In this document: piece by piece, positions 1 through 10,126 of the stretch
Position numbering within the stretch: the first letter of the stretch is position 1
How the letters are laid out: each line of letters begins with the position of its first letter
Source of the DNA: Lachnospiraceae bacterium KM106-2
GTDB taxonomy: Bacteria; Bacillota; Clostridia; Lachnospirales; Lachnospiraceae
Assembly: GCA_009731425.1 (NCBI GenBank)
Contig: AP018794.1
Location: 781,960-813,959 of the forward strand
Length of the DNA: 32,000 nucleotides
Reading direction: 5' to 3'
Position numbers and translations under genes: made by a program
The notes under the pieces: generated by a model
Database searches by the model: none
What the model was told of the DNA's origin: nothing
What the model saw: only the letters and a program-made list of their open reading frames with translations

Positions 1-701
1 TTGTTAAGGATGTATCCTTTAAAATCCGTGGTGGTGAGATCTTTGCTATCGCAGGTGTATCAGGAAATGGTCAGGTAGAGATCGCGGATACGGTCGCAGG
101 CCTAATGAAAGCTAATAAAGGTAAGATAAAACTACTTGGAACTGATATCACAAATGAGTCGATCCGAAAGAGAACAGAACGAGGAATATCGTACATACCA
201 GAGGATCGTCAGAACTTTGGACTCGTGATGAATTTTAATTTAGAAGATAATATGGCATTAAAGACTTATTATAAAGAACCATTTTGTAAGAGGGGTGTCT
301 TAAATGCTAAAGAATTTGAGGATTATTCAACGAAATTAATTGAGGAATATGATGTTCGTAGTGGACAGGGAAATTCAACTATCGTTCGCTCTATGAGTGG
401 CGGTAATCAGCAGAAAGCGATCATCGCACGTGAAATTCAGTTAGAATCGCCATTGATGATCTTCGTACAGCCAACTCGTGGATTAGATATTGGTGCAATT
501 GAAAATATCCATAAACAAATCATAGCCGAGAGAAACAAAGGAAAAGCCATTCTTTTGGTATCCTTGGAATTAGACGAAATTATGAATTTAGCAGATACGA
601 TCGGTGTTATCTACAATGGTAGTCTACAAAAGATTGCCGATGCTGCGTCACTAACCACAAGTGAAGTGGGAGAATTCATGATGGGTGTAAAGGAGCGATA
701 A
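1..701 (+). CDS. ABC transporter ATP-binding protein, C-terminal part (second nucleotide-binding domain, BMP/nucleoside-sugar type); 5' end lies outside the window
   Basis: Frame 3 is open from base 3. Translation reads VKDVSFKIRGGEIFAIAGVSGNGQ (Walker A), then MSGGNQQK (ABC signature), then ILLVSLELDE (Walker B region). Two permease genes follow directly. Confidence 0.85.
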   Translation, partial: VKDVSFKIRGGEIFAIAGVSGNGQVEIADTVAGLMKANKGKIKLLGTDITNESIRKRTERGISYIPEDRQNFGLVMNFNLEDNMALKTYYKEPFCKRGVLNAKEFEDYSTKLIEEYDVRSGQGNSTIVRSMSGGNQQKAIIAREIQLESPLMIFVQPTRGLDIGAIENIHKQIIAERNKGKAILLVSLELDEIMNLADTIGVIYNGSLQKIADAASLTTSEVGEFMMGVKER

Positions 702-704
702 GAG

Positions 705-1850
705 ATGAAGAAGAAAGTAATGAAGGGATTCTCAAAAATACTAGGCGGTGAAAAAAGACAGGCGGTCACCATTCCTATTTTTGCAATTTTGATCAGTTTG
801 ATCTTTGGTGCCATCGTACTTTTAGTCTTAGGAAAGAATCCAATTGAAGTATATCAGAATGTTTTACAAGGTTCCGGATTACTTCCTAAACCTAGATATG
901 CAGGACGACAAGGGATGATCACAGATTTTGCCTCTTTTGTTAATGCATGGACGCCTATGTTATTTGCTTCTTTAGCAGTAGCAGTAGCATTAAAAGCAGG
1001 ATTATTTAATATCGGTGTTTCAGGACAAATGTTAACAGCAGGTTTTGTTACTTCCGTTATTGTAGGTTACAGTACAAGCATGACAGCCGGAATCGCAAAG
1101 CCTCTTGTTATCATCATTGGTATTTTAGTGGGTGCCTTAGTCGGCGGTCTGATCGGCTGGTTAAAATATAAGTTTAATATTAATGAAGTAGTATCTTCCA
1201 TTATGTTAAACTATATTGCGCAATATGTAATTAGTTTCTGTATTAATATGAAATACATCAATCCTATTTCACGTCAATCAGAAGCAGTCAGCGATGCATC
1301 CAGACTTACCCTGATGAGTACAGAAGTTGGAGATTATAAGATGGACATTCCTCTTGGAATCGTTTTGGCTATTCTATTAGCATTTATTGTACGCTTCTTA
1401 TTTAAACGAACAAAAATGGGATTTGAATTAAAAGCAGTCGGAGAAAGTACCAATGCTGCAAAATATGCTGGTATTAATGTAGGTAAAAATATCGTTCTTG
1501 CAATGGTAATCTCAGGAGCATTAGCCGGACTTGCTGGTGTTACTTATTACATGGGTTACTTTGCATCCATTCAGCCTAGAGTATTAACAAGCGTGGGCTT
1601 TGATGCCATCGCCGTATGTTTGCTTGGAAATAGTAATCCAATTGGAATTATCTTTTCTTCCTTCTTTATCAGTGTGATCAGCAATGGTAGTACTTATATG
1701 AGTTCTGCTGCAGGAGTTGAGGCAGAGATCGCATCTGTAATTACAGGAATTATCCTTTTATTTAGTGCATGTAGTGCATACATAGGATTTAGAATTAAAA
1801 AGATGAATGATAAATTAAAAGAAACAGAAGAAAGAAAGGAGGCTCACTAA
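705..1850 (+). CDS. ABC transporter permease (BMP-family / nucleoside-type system, first permease)
   Basis: 381 aa, many hydrophobic helices. Starts 4 nt after the ATPase stop and is translationally coupled to the next permease (1850). Confidence 0.8.
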   Translation: MKKKVMKGFSKILGGEKRQAVTIPIFAILISLIFGAIVLLVLGKNPIEVYQNVLQGSGLLPKPRYAGRQGMITDFASFVNAWTPMLFASLAVAVALKAGLFNIGVSGQMLTAGFVTSVIVGYSTSMTAGIAKPLVIIIGILVGALVGGLIGWLKYKFNINEVVSSIMLNYIAQYVISFCINMKYINPISRQSEAVSDASRLTLMSTEVGDYKMDIPLGIVLAILLAFIVRFLFKRTKMGFELKAVGESTNAAKYAGINVGKNIVLAMVISGALAGLAGVTYYMGYFASIQPRVLTSVGFDAIAVCLLGNSNPIGIIFSSFFISVISNGSTYMSSAAGVEAEIASVITGIILLFSACSAYIGFRIKKMNDKLKETEERKEAH

Positions 1851-2809
1851 TGGATACAGTGATCATTGATGGATTATCTTTCGCATTGCCTTTATTTATT
1901 ATGGCGATCGGTGGTATATATAGTGAAAAGAGTGGTATCACCAACCTTGCACTTGAAGGTTTACAAGGATTTGGTGCATTTTGTGGAGCCTTGGTTGCCG
2001 TTTTAGTTGCTGGTAATTTTGCCGGTGATTCTCAGATGCCATTTTATATCGCATTAATCTGTGCAGTTGCTGGTGGTATGATCTATGCTTTGTTACATGC
2101 TTTATTATGTATTCGCTTTAAGGCGGATCAGGTAATCAGTGGTGTTGTAATCAATATTTTAGCAATGGCACTTACCACCTTCTTAACGAAGCAAATTAAC
2201 CGTGGTGTCTTTGGAGCTCCTTCAGATAAATTTGTATTAGGCGTATCAAAACGTATTACAATCCCTGTTCTATCTAAGATTCCTGTACTTGGAGCAATCT
2301 TTAAACAGATGTATACATTTGAATTTGTTATTGTGATCGTGGCTATCTTAGCATGGTATGTACTATATCGTACAACTTTTGGCCTTCATTTAAGAGCTTG
2401 TGGTGATAATCCACACGCAGTCGATGCAGCAGGTATTAATGTAGGACGTGTTCGTACGATTGCAGTTATGATCTCTGGTGCATTATCAGGACTTGCAGGT
2501 ATCTGTTTTGCCTACTCTATTTCATCAAATTTCTCAGGAAGCATTTATATGGGATATGGTTATCTTTCTATCGCCGGACTTATCTTCGGTAACTGGACGA
2601 TCCTTCCTACGTTAGGGGCATGTATGTTATTTGGTTTTGCACGAAGTGGTGGATATCAGATCGTTCAGATGTTAAAGATGCCAAGTACGTATTCTGATCT
2701 TGTAATGATCCTTCCTTATGTCGTAACATTACTGTTACTTGTATTTTTCTCTAAACATAATCATGCTCCACGAGCATTAGGAGAAATTTACGATAAAGGG
2801 AAACGTTAA
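1850..2809 (+). CDS. ABC transporter permease (second permease of the same system)
   Basis: 319 aa polytopic membrane protein. Its ATG overlaps the upstream stop (TAATG). The ATPase-permease-permease order is typical. Confidence 0.8.
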   Translation: MDTVIIDGLSFALPLFIMAIGGIYSEKSGITNLALEGLQGFGAFCGALVAVLVAGNFAGDSQMPFYIALICAVAGGMIYALLHALLCIRFKADQVISGVVINILAMALTTFLTKQINRGVFGAPSDKFVLGVSKRITIPVLSKIPVLGAIFKQMYTFEFVIVIVAILAWYVLYRTTFGLHLRACGDNPHAVDAAGINVGRVRTIAVMISGALSGLAGICFAYSISSNFSGSIYMGYGYLSIAGLIFGNWTILPTLGACMLFGFARSGGYQIVQMLKMPSTYSDLVMILPYVVTLLLLVFFSKHNHAPRALGEIYDKGKR

Positions 2810-2835
2810 CGCTTTATCAAATTAAAATTTTAAAG

Positions 2836-2864
2836 TTGTACTATTGGTTTCATAGTGTTACAAT
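2836..2864 (+). promoter_or_regulatory. sigma-A type promoter for ilvE (TTGTAC - 17 nt - TGtTACAAT, extended -10)
   Basis: TTGTAC at 2836-2841, 17-nt spacer, TACAAT at 2859-2864 preceded by TGt. This places the 2865 ATG inside the promoter and supports the 2904 start. Confidence 0.45.
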
Positions 2865-2903
2865 ATGAAACAAGATATACTTATAGTGAAAGGAAGTAAC
2901 AAT

Positions 2904-3929
2904 ATGGAAAAGAAAAAGATTGACTGGGAAAATCTTGGTTTTGGTTACGTTCAGACGGAACAAAGATTCGTAGCAAATTACCGTAATGGTGCCTGGGAAG
3001 AAGGTGGACTTACTACAGATGCTACTGTAAATATTAGTGAGTGTGCTGGTGTTCTTCAATATGCTCAGACTTGTTTTGAAGGCATGAAAGCTTATACAAC
3101 AGAAGATGGACATATTGTAACATTCCGCCCTGACTTAAATGCAGCTCGTATGGCTGATTCAGCAAGAAGATTAGAGATGCCTGTATTCCCTGAGGAACGT
3201 TTTGTAGAGGCAATTGTAAAAACGATTGAAGCAAATATCGATTATGTACCTCCTTATGGAACAGGAGCTACTTTATATGTTCGTCCTTATATGTTCGGTT
3301 CAAGCCCTGTCATTGGTGTAAAACCTGCAGAAGAATATCAATTTAGAGTATTCGTAACTCCAGTTGGTGCCTACTTTAAAGGTGGCGTGAAACCTATTAC
3401 AATCTGTGTGAGCGATTTTGACCGTGCAGCTCCAAATGGGACAGGTCATATCAAAGCAGGTCTTAACTATGCGATGAGTTTACATGCAATTGTGACAGCA
3501 CATAATAATGGTTTTGCAGAAAACATGTACTTAGATGCAGCAACAAGAACGAAAGTAGAAGAGACAGGTGGAGCAAACTTTATTTTTATTACAAAAGACA
3601 ATAAAGTAGTATCTCCTAAGTCAAGTAGTATTCTTCCTTCTATTACACGTCGTTCTATCTTAACTGTTGCAAAAGACTATTTAGGTCTTGAAGTAGAAGA
3701 ACGTGAAGTTTTATTTGAAGAGGTAAAAGACTTTGCTGAATGTGGTCTTTGCGGAACTGCTGCAGTTATCTCACCAGTAGGTAAGATCAATGACCATGGC
3801 AAAGAAATCTGTTTCCCAAGCGGAATGGATGAAATGGGACCTGTTACAAAGAAATTATATGAGACATTAACAGGAATCCAGATGGGACGTATCAAAGCTC
3901 CTGAAGGATGGTTAAAAGTTATTAAATAG
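2904..3929 (+). CDS. ilvE: branched-chain amino acid aminotransferase
   Basis: MEKKKIDWENLGFGYV..., PLP fold-type IV BCAT-like sequence along the whole length. GAAAGGAAG RBS lies 6-14 nt upstream of the ATG at 2904; the longer track ORF (2865) lacks an RBS. Confidence 0.85.
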   Translation: MEKKKIDWENLGFGYVQTEQRFVANYRNGAWEEGGLTTDATVNISECAGVLQYAQTCFEGMKAYTTEDGHIVTFRPDLNAARMADSARRLEMPVFPEERFVEAIVKTIEANIDYVPPYGTGATLYVRPYMFGSSPVIGVKPAEEYQFRVFVTPVGAYFKGGVKPITICVSDFDRAAPNGTGHIKAGLNYAMSLHAIVTAHNNGFAENMYLDAATRTKVEETGGANFIFITKDNKVVSPKSSSILPSITRRSILTVAKDYLGLEVEEREVLFEEVKDFAECGLCGTAAVISPVGKINDHGKEICFPSGMDEMGPVTKKLYETLTGIQMGRIKAPEGWLKVIK

Positions 3930-3964
3930 GATTCAATGATAAAAATATAGATAATATTTTAAGA

Positions 3965-4008
3965 AAGAGTCAATGTAGGCAAAGAACATTGGCTCTTGAT
4001 TTTTTTTA
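3965..4008 (+). terminator. Rho-independent terminator after ilvE
   Basis: AAGAGTCAATG (3965-3975) pairs with CATTGGCTCTT (3987-3997, one G-U pair), followed by a T8 run. Confidence 0.7.
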
Positions 4009-4078
4009 TGGGATTGCATATAATAGGCTATATGCGTAAATGGAAATATATGTAATGAAAGTTAAAGGGGTTGAGTTT

Positions 4079-4369
4079 ATGGCAAAAAAAATTATTACGC
4101 TGATGAATATTGTTCACTTAGTAGAGAAGAAATGGGGAACACAAAAGATAGTAGAGGATAAAGAGGGTACCAAATATATTGTAGACAAAGAGGCATGTAA
4201 GGCAACTGAGGAGAAACCACATTGCATCATAAAAGAAGAGGAATTAAAGGATCCATATGGAGAAAATCCATATATGTATGTAGCAGAAGCTGTAAAAGGA
4301 AAATTAGTCATCGATGATCAGGTGGTGACAGAAAAGGAACTATATGGATTTATATATCAATTGGATTAA
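4079..4369 (+). CDS. small hypothetical protein (96 aa)
   Basis: ORF with an AAAGGGG RBS before the ATG at 4079, its own terminator downstream, and no recognisable motif. Confidence 0.45.
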   Translation: MAKKIITLMNIVHLVEKKWGTQKIVEDKEGTKYIVDKEACKATEEKPHCIIKEEELKDPYGENPYMYVAEAVKGKLVIDDQVVTEKELYGFIYQLD

Positions 4370-4377
4370 TACATAAT

Positions 4378-4425
4378 AAGAAGCCGCAGCAACTTGTTTA
4401 AATCAAGTGCAACGGCTTCTTTTGT
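4378..4425. terminator. bidirectional terminator between the convergent small ORF and the hydrolase gene
   Basis: AAGAAGCCG (4378-4386) pairs with CGGCTTCTT (4413-4421), with an inner GCAACTTG/CAAGTGC extension. A-run and T-run lie on either side. Confidence 0.7.
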
Positions 4426-4452
4426 TTCTATAAAAATAATAATTACGAAATG

Positions 4453-5580
4453 TTAGTTATCATATTTGTCATAAAACTTGAGGATTTGATTAAAATATGG
4501 AATCAAATCTTTTGTAGATTGCTTAAAGAGCGTATGTTTTGAGCCTGGAACATAACATAAAGATACGTTTTCGGCTGCTTTCATGAACTTATAATAACCA
4601 TTGGAATCAACTAAAGTATCATTTTCCGCTTCAAACATAAGAATCGGTGTCTTAACTTTAGATGCATTCTCTTTCTTAGTCAGTTCTTTTGTGATTGCAA
4701 TTGATGATTTTAACCAAGAGAATGAGCCTCCATAGGTCTGTAATAGATTATCGTTACGAACCATTTCGAAATAGTAATCGTAGCGACTTTTTGAATCGAC
4801 AGAACTATGCTCCATATCCGATACACCATCAAATGGATAATAGCCAAATAAGTAATTCTGTCCGTTTCCAGTCATGCAATATAAATTTGCGACAGCACTT
4901 GCAAGACGCTTTGGAAAGCTTCCGGTTTTAATATCTAGCATTGGTGTTGTTAAGACGGCAGCAGTAAAGAAATCTTGATGTTCTTCTAGATAGCCAGTTG
5001 CGATGGCACCACCCATAGAGTGGGCATAAAGCAATTTCGGTTCCTCTTTTGTATCTTTTGCTACCACATTATCAATGAATGACGTGAAATCACGAATGTA
5101 TTGATGAAAGTCGGTTGTGTGTACTAAACATAGATCCGGTACATTGCGATAGGAATATCCATGTCCACGATGATCCATTATGAAGACAGAGTAGTTCTGG
5201 TTTAAGAAATAGTAGATAACCTCTTTATAATGCTGTGAGCTTTCAGTGAAGCCGTGTGAGATCACGACAGTAGCTTTCGGATCCGGAACTTGATAAGATT
5301 CGTAATACAGATTCTCTTTATCATTGGATTGGAAGGTGCCTGACTTTTTATAGGCTTCTAGAAGTGGAAGAACTGTCTGGTTCATTTCTTCTTCATAGTT
5401 ATCCTCGGAGAGATAAGTTGCATAGTTTTTATTTGTGTTTGTTAACGTTTTACGGCTTTCTGGTACTGATTCCTTAAAGTTGATGAAGGTGGATGCTACC
5501 CATAATAGGAGTAAAGCGATGAAAGACAGGAAGCAGAAGCCAATTTTCTTTCTTAGTCTCATTGATTTCTTTTCGTGCAT
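4453..5580 (-). CDS. alpha/beta hydrolase (lysophospholipase / monoacylglycerol-lipase-like), membrane anchored
   Basis: N-terminal hydrophobic anchor (IGFCFLSFIALLLLWVAS), HGFTES oxyanion region, nucleophile elbow AHSMGG, and a C-terminal His region. Confidence 0.75.
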   Translation of the reverse strand: MHEKKSMRLRKKIGFCFLSFIALLLLWVASTFINFKESVPESRKTLTNTNKNYATYLSEDNYEEEMNQTVLPLLEAYKKSGTFQSNDKENLYYESYQVPDPKATVVISHGFTESSQHYKEVIYYFLNQNYSVFIMDHRGHGYSYRNVPDLCLVHTTDFHQYIRDFTSFIDNVVAKDTKEEPKLLYAHSMGGAIATGYLEEHQDFFTAAVLTTPMLDIKTGSFPKRLASAVANLYCMTGNGQNYLFGYYPFDGVSDMEHSSVDSKSRYDYYFEMVRNDNLLQTYGGSFSWLKSSIAITKELTKKENASKVKTPILMFEAENDTLVDSNGYYKFMKAAENVSLCYVPGSKHTLFKQSTKDLIPYFNQILKFYDKYDN

Positions 5581-5699
5581 AATTTCCTCGTATTCTTGTA
5601 GATTTCTTTTGTGTGGGATAGTAAATAGCTATTTGTAACTATTCTTCTATATTGTTGAAATACTACCATAATTAAGAAAATAAAACAAGAAATATGTCG

Positions 5700-5741
5700 A
5701 AAAAGAAAAAGACGCAGATTAATTAGCGTCTTTTTCTTTTT
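5700..5741 (-). terminator. Rho-independent terminator of pyrBI
   Basis: AGAAAAAGACGC (5704-5715) pairs with GCGTCTTTTTCT (5726-5737). On the minus strand the stem is followed by a T-rich run. Confidence 0.65.
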
Positions 5742-5745
5742 AGAA

Positions 5746-6177
5746 TTATTTATGTTTACGATTAAATGCTTGCTCGCAATAGATACAGCGATAAATTCGC
5801 TTCTCAGGATTTGTCAATTTAAATGTATGAGGTAGTTCTTGTTCTACACTCGTGATACATCGTGGATTTTTACATTTAATGATATTCGTTACTTCAAGAG
5901 GTAGTTCTGGATTTTTCTTAAGGACGATCTTTCCATTTTCAATAATATTGATGGAAATGTTAGGATCTAATACTGCTAAAACATTGATGTCGCAGTTTAG
6001 AGAACCTTCAATCTTTATCATATCCTTTTTGCCCATCTTGCTGCTTTTAGCGTTTTTAATAATGGCAACCTGACATTCTGTCTTTTCTAAGTTTAAATAA
6101 TGATAGATATCCATTGCGCCTCCGGCTTGGATATGATCGATAACGATCCCTTTGTTTAAACCACTGATATTTAACAT
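5746..6177 (-). CDS. pyrI: aspartate carbamoyltransferase regulatory subunit
   Basis: 143 aa. C-terminal zinc domain CKNPRCIT...YRCIYCEQ. Overlaps the pyrB stop by 7 nt. Confidence 0.9.
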   Translation of the reverse strand: MLNISGLNKGIVIDHIQAGGAMDIYHYLNLEKTECQVAIIKNAKSSKMGKKDMIKIEGSLNCDINVLAVLDPNISINIIENGKIVLKKNPELPLEVTNIIKCKNPRCITSVEQELPHTFKLTNPEKRIYRCIYCEQAFNRKHK

Positions 6178-7091
6178 TCTTCCACCTCCAAAAGCTTCAT
6201 GATAAGAGCCATTCTGGCATAGACGCCGAATTTAGCTTGAGTAAAATATACGGCTCTTGGGTCATTATCTACTTCCGTTGCGATTTCGTTAACACGAGGA
6301 AGAGGATGCATTACGATCATATCATCTTTCGCATATTGCATCTTATCTGCATCTAAAATGAAGGAATCTTTTAATCGGATGTAATCTTCTTCATTGAAGA
6401 AACGTTCTTTTTGAACTCGTGTCATATATAAAATATCAAGTTCTGGCATTACTTCTTCTAATACATTTACTTCTTTAAATGGAATATTATGATCAGTGAG
6501 TACTTCTTCCCTTATGTAATTTGGGATTCTTAATTCATCAGGTGAGATCATGACGAATTTTATATTTGGATAACGCACCATTGCATTAATGAGAGAGTGA
6601 ACGGTTCGACCAAATTTTAGATCACCACATAATCCAATGGTTAAGTTGTCAAGTCGACCTTTTAAATTTTTAATTGTTAATAGATCAGTTAGGGTTTGAG
6701 TTGGATGATTGTGACCACCGTCACCGGCATTAATGACAGGAATTTTAGAATATTTTGCGGCAACTAATGGAGCACCCTCTTTTGGATGACGCATTGCGCA
6801 AATATCAGCATAACTAGAAATAACACGAATAGTATCGGCGACGCTTTCGCCTTTAGCAGCAGATGAAGAATCTGCAGAGGAGAAACCAAGAACACTACCA
6901 CCAAGATTCAACATGGCAGCTTCAAAACTTAATCTTGTTCGAGTACTCGGTTCGTAGAATAATGTAGCGATTTTTTTACCATGACATACATTAGAATATT
7001 TTTTCGGATCGGCTATAATGTCTTCCGCCAGTGTTAGGACCTCATCTAATTCTGTTGTTGTGAGATCTAAAGGACTTATTACGTGTTTCAT
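6171..7091 (-). CDS. pyrB: aspartate carbamoyltransferase catalytic subunit
   Basis: Motifs STRTR, HPTQ and HPLPR. AAGGAGG RBS lies directly upstream of the ATG at 7091 ([10 protein letters not shown]); the 25 extra residues of the track ORF lack an RBS. Confidence 0.9.
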   Translation of the reverse strand: MKHVISPLDLTTTELDEVLTLAEDIIADPKKYSNVCHGKKIATLFYEPSTRTRLSFEAAMLNLGGSVLGFSSADSSSAAKGESVADTIRVISSYADICAMRHPKEGAPLVAAKYSKIPVINAGDGGHNHPTQTLTDLLTIKNLKGRLDNLTIGLCGDLKFGRTVHSLINAMVRYPNIKFVMISPDELRIPNYIREEVLTDHNIPFKEVNVLEEVMPELDILYMTRVQKERFFNEEDYIRLKDSFILDADKMQYAKDDMIVMHPLPRVNEIATEVDNDPRAVYFTQAKFGVYARMALIMKLLEVEEC

Positions 7092-7200
7092 AGGTGCCTC
7101 CTTATTATTTTTTTCAACTATATATTTTAACGGATTAATTGTAATAATACAATGGCTAAATGACATTTTTAAGAATGAATTTTTATACCTGCAAATTTTA

Positions 7201-7229
7201 TTGCATTAAAGTGTTTTTTTCTTTATAAT
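7201..7229 (+). promoter_or_regulatory. sigma-A type promoter for the aconitase-family gene (TTGCAT - 17 nt - TATAAT)
   Basis: TTGCAT at 7201-7206, 17-nt spacer, TATAAT at 7224-7229. Confidence 0.45.
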
Positions 7230-7309
7230 AGTTATTTAATAAGATTAATTTATACAATAGAAGTCTTTAAAAATACATAAAAGCAAGGAATTATAAGAGG
7301 AGGATGACG

Positions 7310-9604
7310 ATGATAAAGTTATTTGAAAATGGTGTATATTTATTAAATGGTACAGAAATTGTCGAAGATAATGCGCAAGCAGCTTCCGCCATTCAAGCCA
7401 AAACTGGTTTAGCCGTGACGAAAAAAGAAGCGAAAGCTCAGACGATGGCGTATTCGATTTTAGACAGTCACAATACATCTGGTAATATGGAACAACTAAA
7501 GATTAAGTTTGACAGATTGACATCACATGATATTACATTTGTAGGTATTATTCAAACTGCACGTGCTTCAGGTCTGGAGAAATTCCCGGTTCCTTATGTA
7601 CTGACTAACTGTCATAACAGTCTATGTGCTGTAGGAGGAACGATCAATGAGGATGATCACATGTTTGGCCTGTCTTGTGCAAAAAAATATGGCGGAATTT
7701 ATGTACCACCTCATCAAGCGGTAATTCATCAGTTCGCTCGAGAGATGCTTGCCGGTGGTGGAAAGATGATCTTAGGAAGTGACAGTCATACTCGTTATGG
7801 TGCTTTAGGAACAATGGCAATGGGGGAAGGCGGTCCTGAAATCGTAAAGCAGTTATTATCTAAGACCTACGATATCAATATGCCAGAGGTAGTCGGTGTT
7901 TATTTGACAGGTAATCCACAAAAAGGAGTCGGCCCTCAGGATATTGCATTAGCCATTATCGGAGCTGTGTTCAAAAATGGATATGTAAAGAACAAAGTAA
8001 TGGAATTTGTAGGAGATGGCGTACATAATTTAAGCGTAGATTACCGTATTGGCGTCGACGTTATGACAACAGAGACAACATGTCTTTCTTCCATCTGGTC
8101 AACAGATGATAAAGTAAAGGAATTTTATGAGATTCATGGAAGAACAGAAGAATATAAAGAATTAAATCCAGGAAAGACAGCTTATTATGACGGTATGGTT
8201 TATGTAGACTTAAGTGAGATCAAACCAATGATCGCAATGCCATTCCATCCTAGCAATGTTTACAGTATTGAAGAGTTAAATGCTAACCTTTACGATATAT
8301 TAGACGATGTAGAAAAGAAAGCAAAAGTAAGCCTTGATGGCGCTAAGATCAACTACACGTTAAAAGATAAAGTACATAATGGAAAACTATATATCGAACA
8401 AGGTGTTATTGCAGGATGCGCCGGTGGCGGATTTGAAAATATCTGTGATGCAGCTGATATTTTAAATGGCAAATTCATTGGAAATGATGCGTTCTCACTG
8501 AGCATCTATCCAGCATCTCAGCCAATTTTCATGGAGTTGGTAAAGAATGGCCGTATTGCTACCTTGATGCAGACAGGTGCAACGATCCGTACCGCTTTTT
8601 GTGGTCCTTGCTTTGGAGCTGGTGATGTACCGGCAAATAATGGATTAAGTGTACGTCACTCAACAAGAAACTTCCCTAACCGTGAAGGTTCTAAGATTAC
8701 AAAAGGTCAAGTTGCTTCCGTTGCATTAATGGATGCTAGGAGTATTGCAGCAACTGCAGCCAATAAAGGATATTTAACACCTGCAACCGATGTAGATGTA
8801 AACTTTTCAAAGCCAAAATATTTCTTTGACAAGACAATTTATGAAAATCGTGTCTTTAACGGAGTTGGAAAAGCGGATCCATCTCATGAAATCCAATTTG
8901 GACCTAATATTACGGATTGGCCAGAGATGTCAGAACTAACGGATGATTTAATGTTAAAGGTAGTATCAGAGATCCACGATCCTGTTACAACTACGGATGA
9001 ATTGATCCCTTCAGGTGAGACTTCTTCCTTCCGTTCTAATCCACTTGGATTAGCAGAATTCACCTTATCAAGAAAAGATCCTGCTTATGTGGGACGTGCA
9101 AAAGAAGTACAGAAAGCAGAAAAGGCAAGACTTGCAGGTGAGAGTATTAAAGATGCAAACGAAGAAGTTGCACAGGCATTTGATAAGATCAATCAGGTGA
9201 TTACAGTTGATCCAACGAGGACTGAAATCGGCAGCACGATCTATGCTGTGAAACCGGGAGATGGTTCTGCTCGTGAGCAGGCAGCCAGCTGCCAGAAAGT
9301 TCTTGGTGGACTTGCTAATATCGCGAAAGAGTATGCAACAAAGCGTTATCGTTCTAATCTGATCAACTGGGGTATGGTACCATTTATTTATGAAGAAGAG
9401 ATTCCATTTAAGAATGGAGATTTTATCTTCATTAAAGATGTAAAGAAAGCCATTGCAACTAAACAATCGGAGATGAAAGCATATGTCATCAGCGATGAAG
9501 TAAAAGAGTTTACGTTAAAGATCGGCGATCTGACAGATGATGAAAGAGAGATCATTGAAAATGGCTGTCTGATCAATTATTATCGAGCACAGAACAGAAA
9601 ATAA
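7310..9604 (+). CDS. aconitate hydratase / aconitase-family Fe-S hydro-lyase with C-terminal swivel domain
   Basis: Motifs GSDSHT, CGPCFG and [10 protein letters not shown] are typical of aconitase/IPM-isomerase large domains. About 764 aa. AGGAGG at 7298-7303 favours the ATG at 7310 over 7304. Confidence 0.7.
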   Translation: MIKLFENGVYLLNGTEIVEDNAQAASAIQAKTGLAVTKKEAKAQTMAYSILDSHNTSGNMEQLKIKFDRLTSHDITFVGIIQTARASGLEKFPVPYVLTNCHNSLCAVGGTINEDDHMFGLSCAKKYGGIYVPPHQAVIHQFAREMLAGGGKMILGSDSHTRYGALGTMAMGEGGPEIVKQLLSKTYDINMPEVVGVYLTGNPQKGVGPQDIALAIIGAVFKNGYVKNKVMEFVGDGVHNLSVDYRIGVDVMTTETTCLSSIWSTDDKVKEFYEIHGRTEEYKELNPGKTAYYDGMVYVDLSEIKPMIAMPFHPSNVYSIEELNANLYDILDDVEKKAKVSLDGAKINYTLKDKVHNGKLYIEQGVIAGCAGGGFENICDAADILNGKFIGNDAFSLSIYPASQPIFMELVKNGRIATLMQTGATIRTAFCGPCFGAGDVPANNGLSVRHSTRNFPNREGSKITKGQVASVALMDARSIAATAANKGYLTPATDVDVNFSKPKYFFDKTIYENRVFNGVGKADPSHEIQFGPNITDWPEMSELTDDLMLKVVSEIHDPVTTTDELIPSGETSSFRSNPLGLAEFTLSRKDPAYVGRAKEVQKAEKARLAGESIKDANEEVAQAFDKINQVITVDPTRTEIGSTIYAVKPGDGSAREQAASCQKVLGGLANIAKEYATKRYRSNLINWGMVPFIYEEEIPFKNGDFIFIKDVKKAIATKQSEMKAYVISDEVKEFTLKIGDLTDDEREIIENGCLINYYRAQNRK

Positions 9605-9642
9605 AATAGAAGTTATGATCCAATCTTATAGCACTCGTATTC

Positions 9643-9671
9643 TTGACAAAGTTGAGAACGGGTGCTATAAT
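9643..9671 (+). promoter_or_regulatory. sigma-A promoter of the metG T-box leader (TTGACA - 17 nt - TGcTATAAT)
   Basis: Consensus TTGACA at 9643-9648 and consensus TATAAT at 9666-9671, with an extended -10 TG. Confidence 0.7.
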
Positions 9672-9694
9672 TTATAACTAACTGAATAAATAAA

Positions 9695-9976
9695 GGCGTT
9701 GAAGAGAAGAGTAATTTTATTGTTGGTTTACAGAGAATCTGTAATAGGTGGAAGCAGATAGCTAAGATAGAGTGAAACAAGACTTGGAGCTGCATACGGA
9801 TCGCTTACTTATAAGCGTGATGCTATGACGTTAGTCCCCGTTACAGGACTAGAGTATGAACCCGTTAAGGAAGTACTTGATGAGGCTTTCATGGTGACGT
9901 GAAAGTGAAAAAGGGTGGTATCGCGATACATAGTCGCCCCTTGGAATAAATTAATATTTCAAGGGGCGTTTTTTTA
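9695..9976 (+). promoter_or_regulatory. T-box riboswitch leader (tRNA-sensing transcription attenuator) upstream of metG
   Basis: K-turn GGC-GUU-GA-AGAG (9695-9706) with CUUG-GA-GCU (9783-9791). AAGAGUA box at 9707-9713, AG bulge AGAGA at 9732-9736, distal loop GGUGGAA at 9747-9753. F-box CCGUUA at 9838-9843 and 9862-9867, T-box GGGTGGTATCGCG at 9913-9925. Terminator CGCCCCTTG (9935-9943) pairs with CAAGGGGCG (9960-9968), followed by T8. Confidence 0.85.
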
Positions 9977-10042
9977 TTTTATAGGAAATAGCGTCGCAAT
10001 CCGCTATAAAGTAAAAATGGCTTACTAAAAAAAGAAGTAACT

Positions 10043-10069
10043 CACGCGAACAACGAGCCTGGCGTCTGT
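10043..10069 (+). repeat. hairpin-less remnant of the interspersed repeat (box 1 + box 2 only)
   Basis: ACGCGAACAACGAGCC-TGGCGTCTGT matches box 1 (15/16) and box 2 (9/10) of the copies at 17177 and 29471, with both hairpins missing. Confidence 0.55.
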
Positions 10070-10126
10070 TAATAGAAAACAAACTTTGAAATATACTAAG
10101 TTAGAATATAGTAGCTGGAGGTAATT

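Noticed and set aside
7092-7303. PyrR-binding attenuator or other riboswitch in the pyrB / aconitase divergent region; THF or ZTP riboswitch before folD (13709-13815)
   Set aside because: No match to the PyrR loop consensus (UCCAGAGAGG) on the pyrB strand and no terminator/antiterminator pair. The folD upstream region is short, AT-rich and lacks the conserved cores of those riboswitches.
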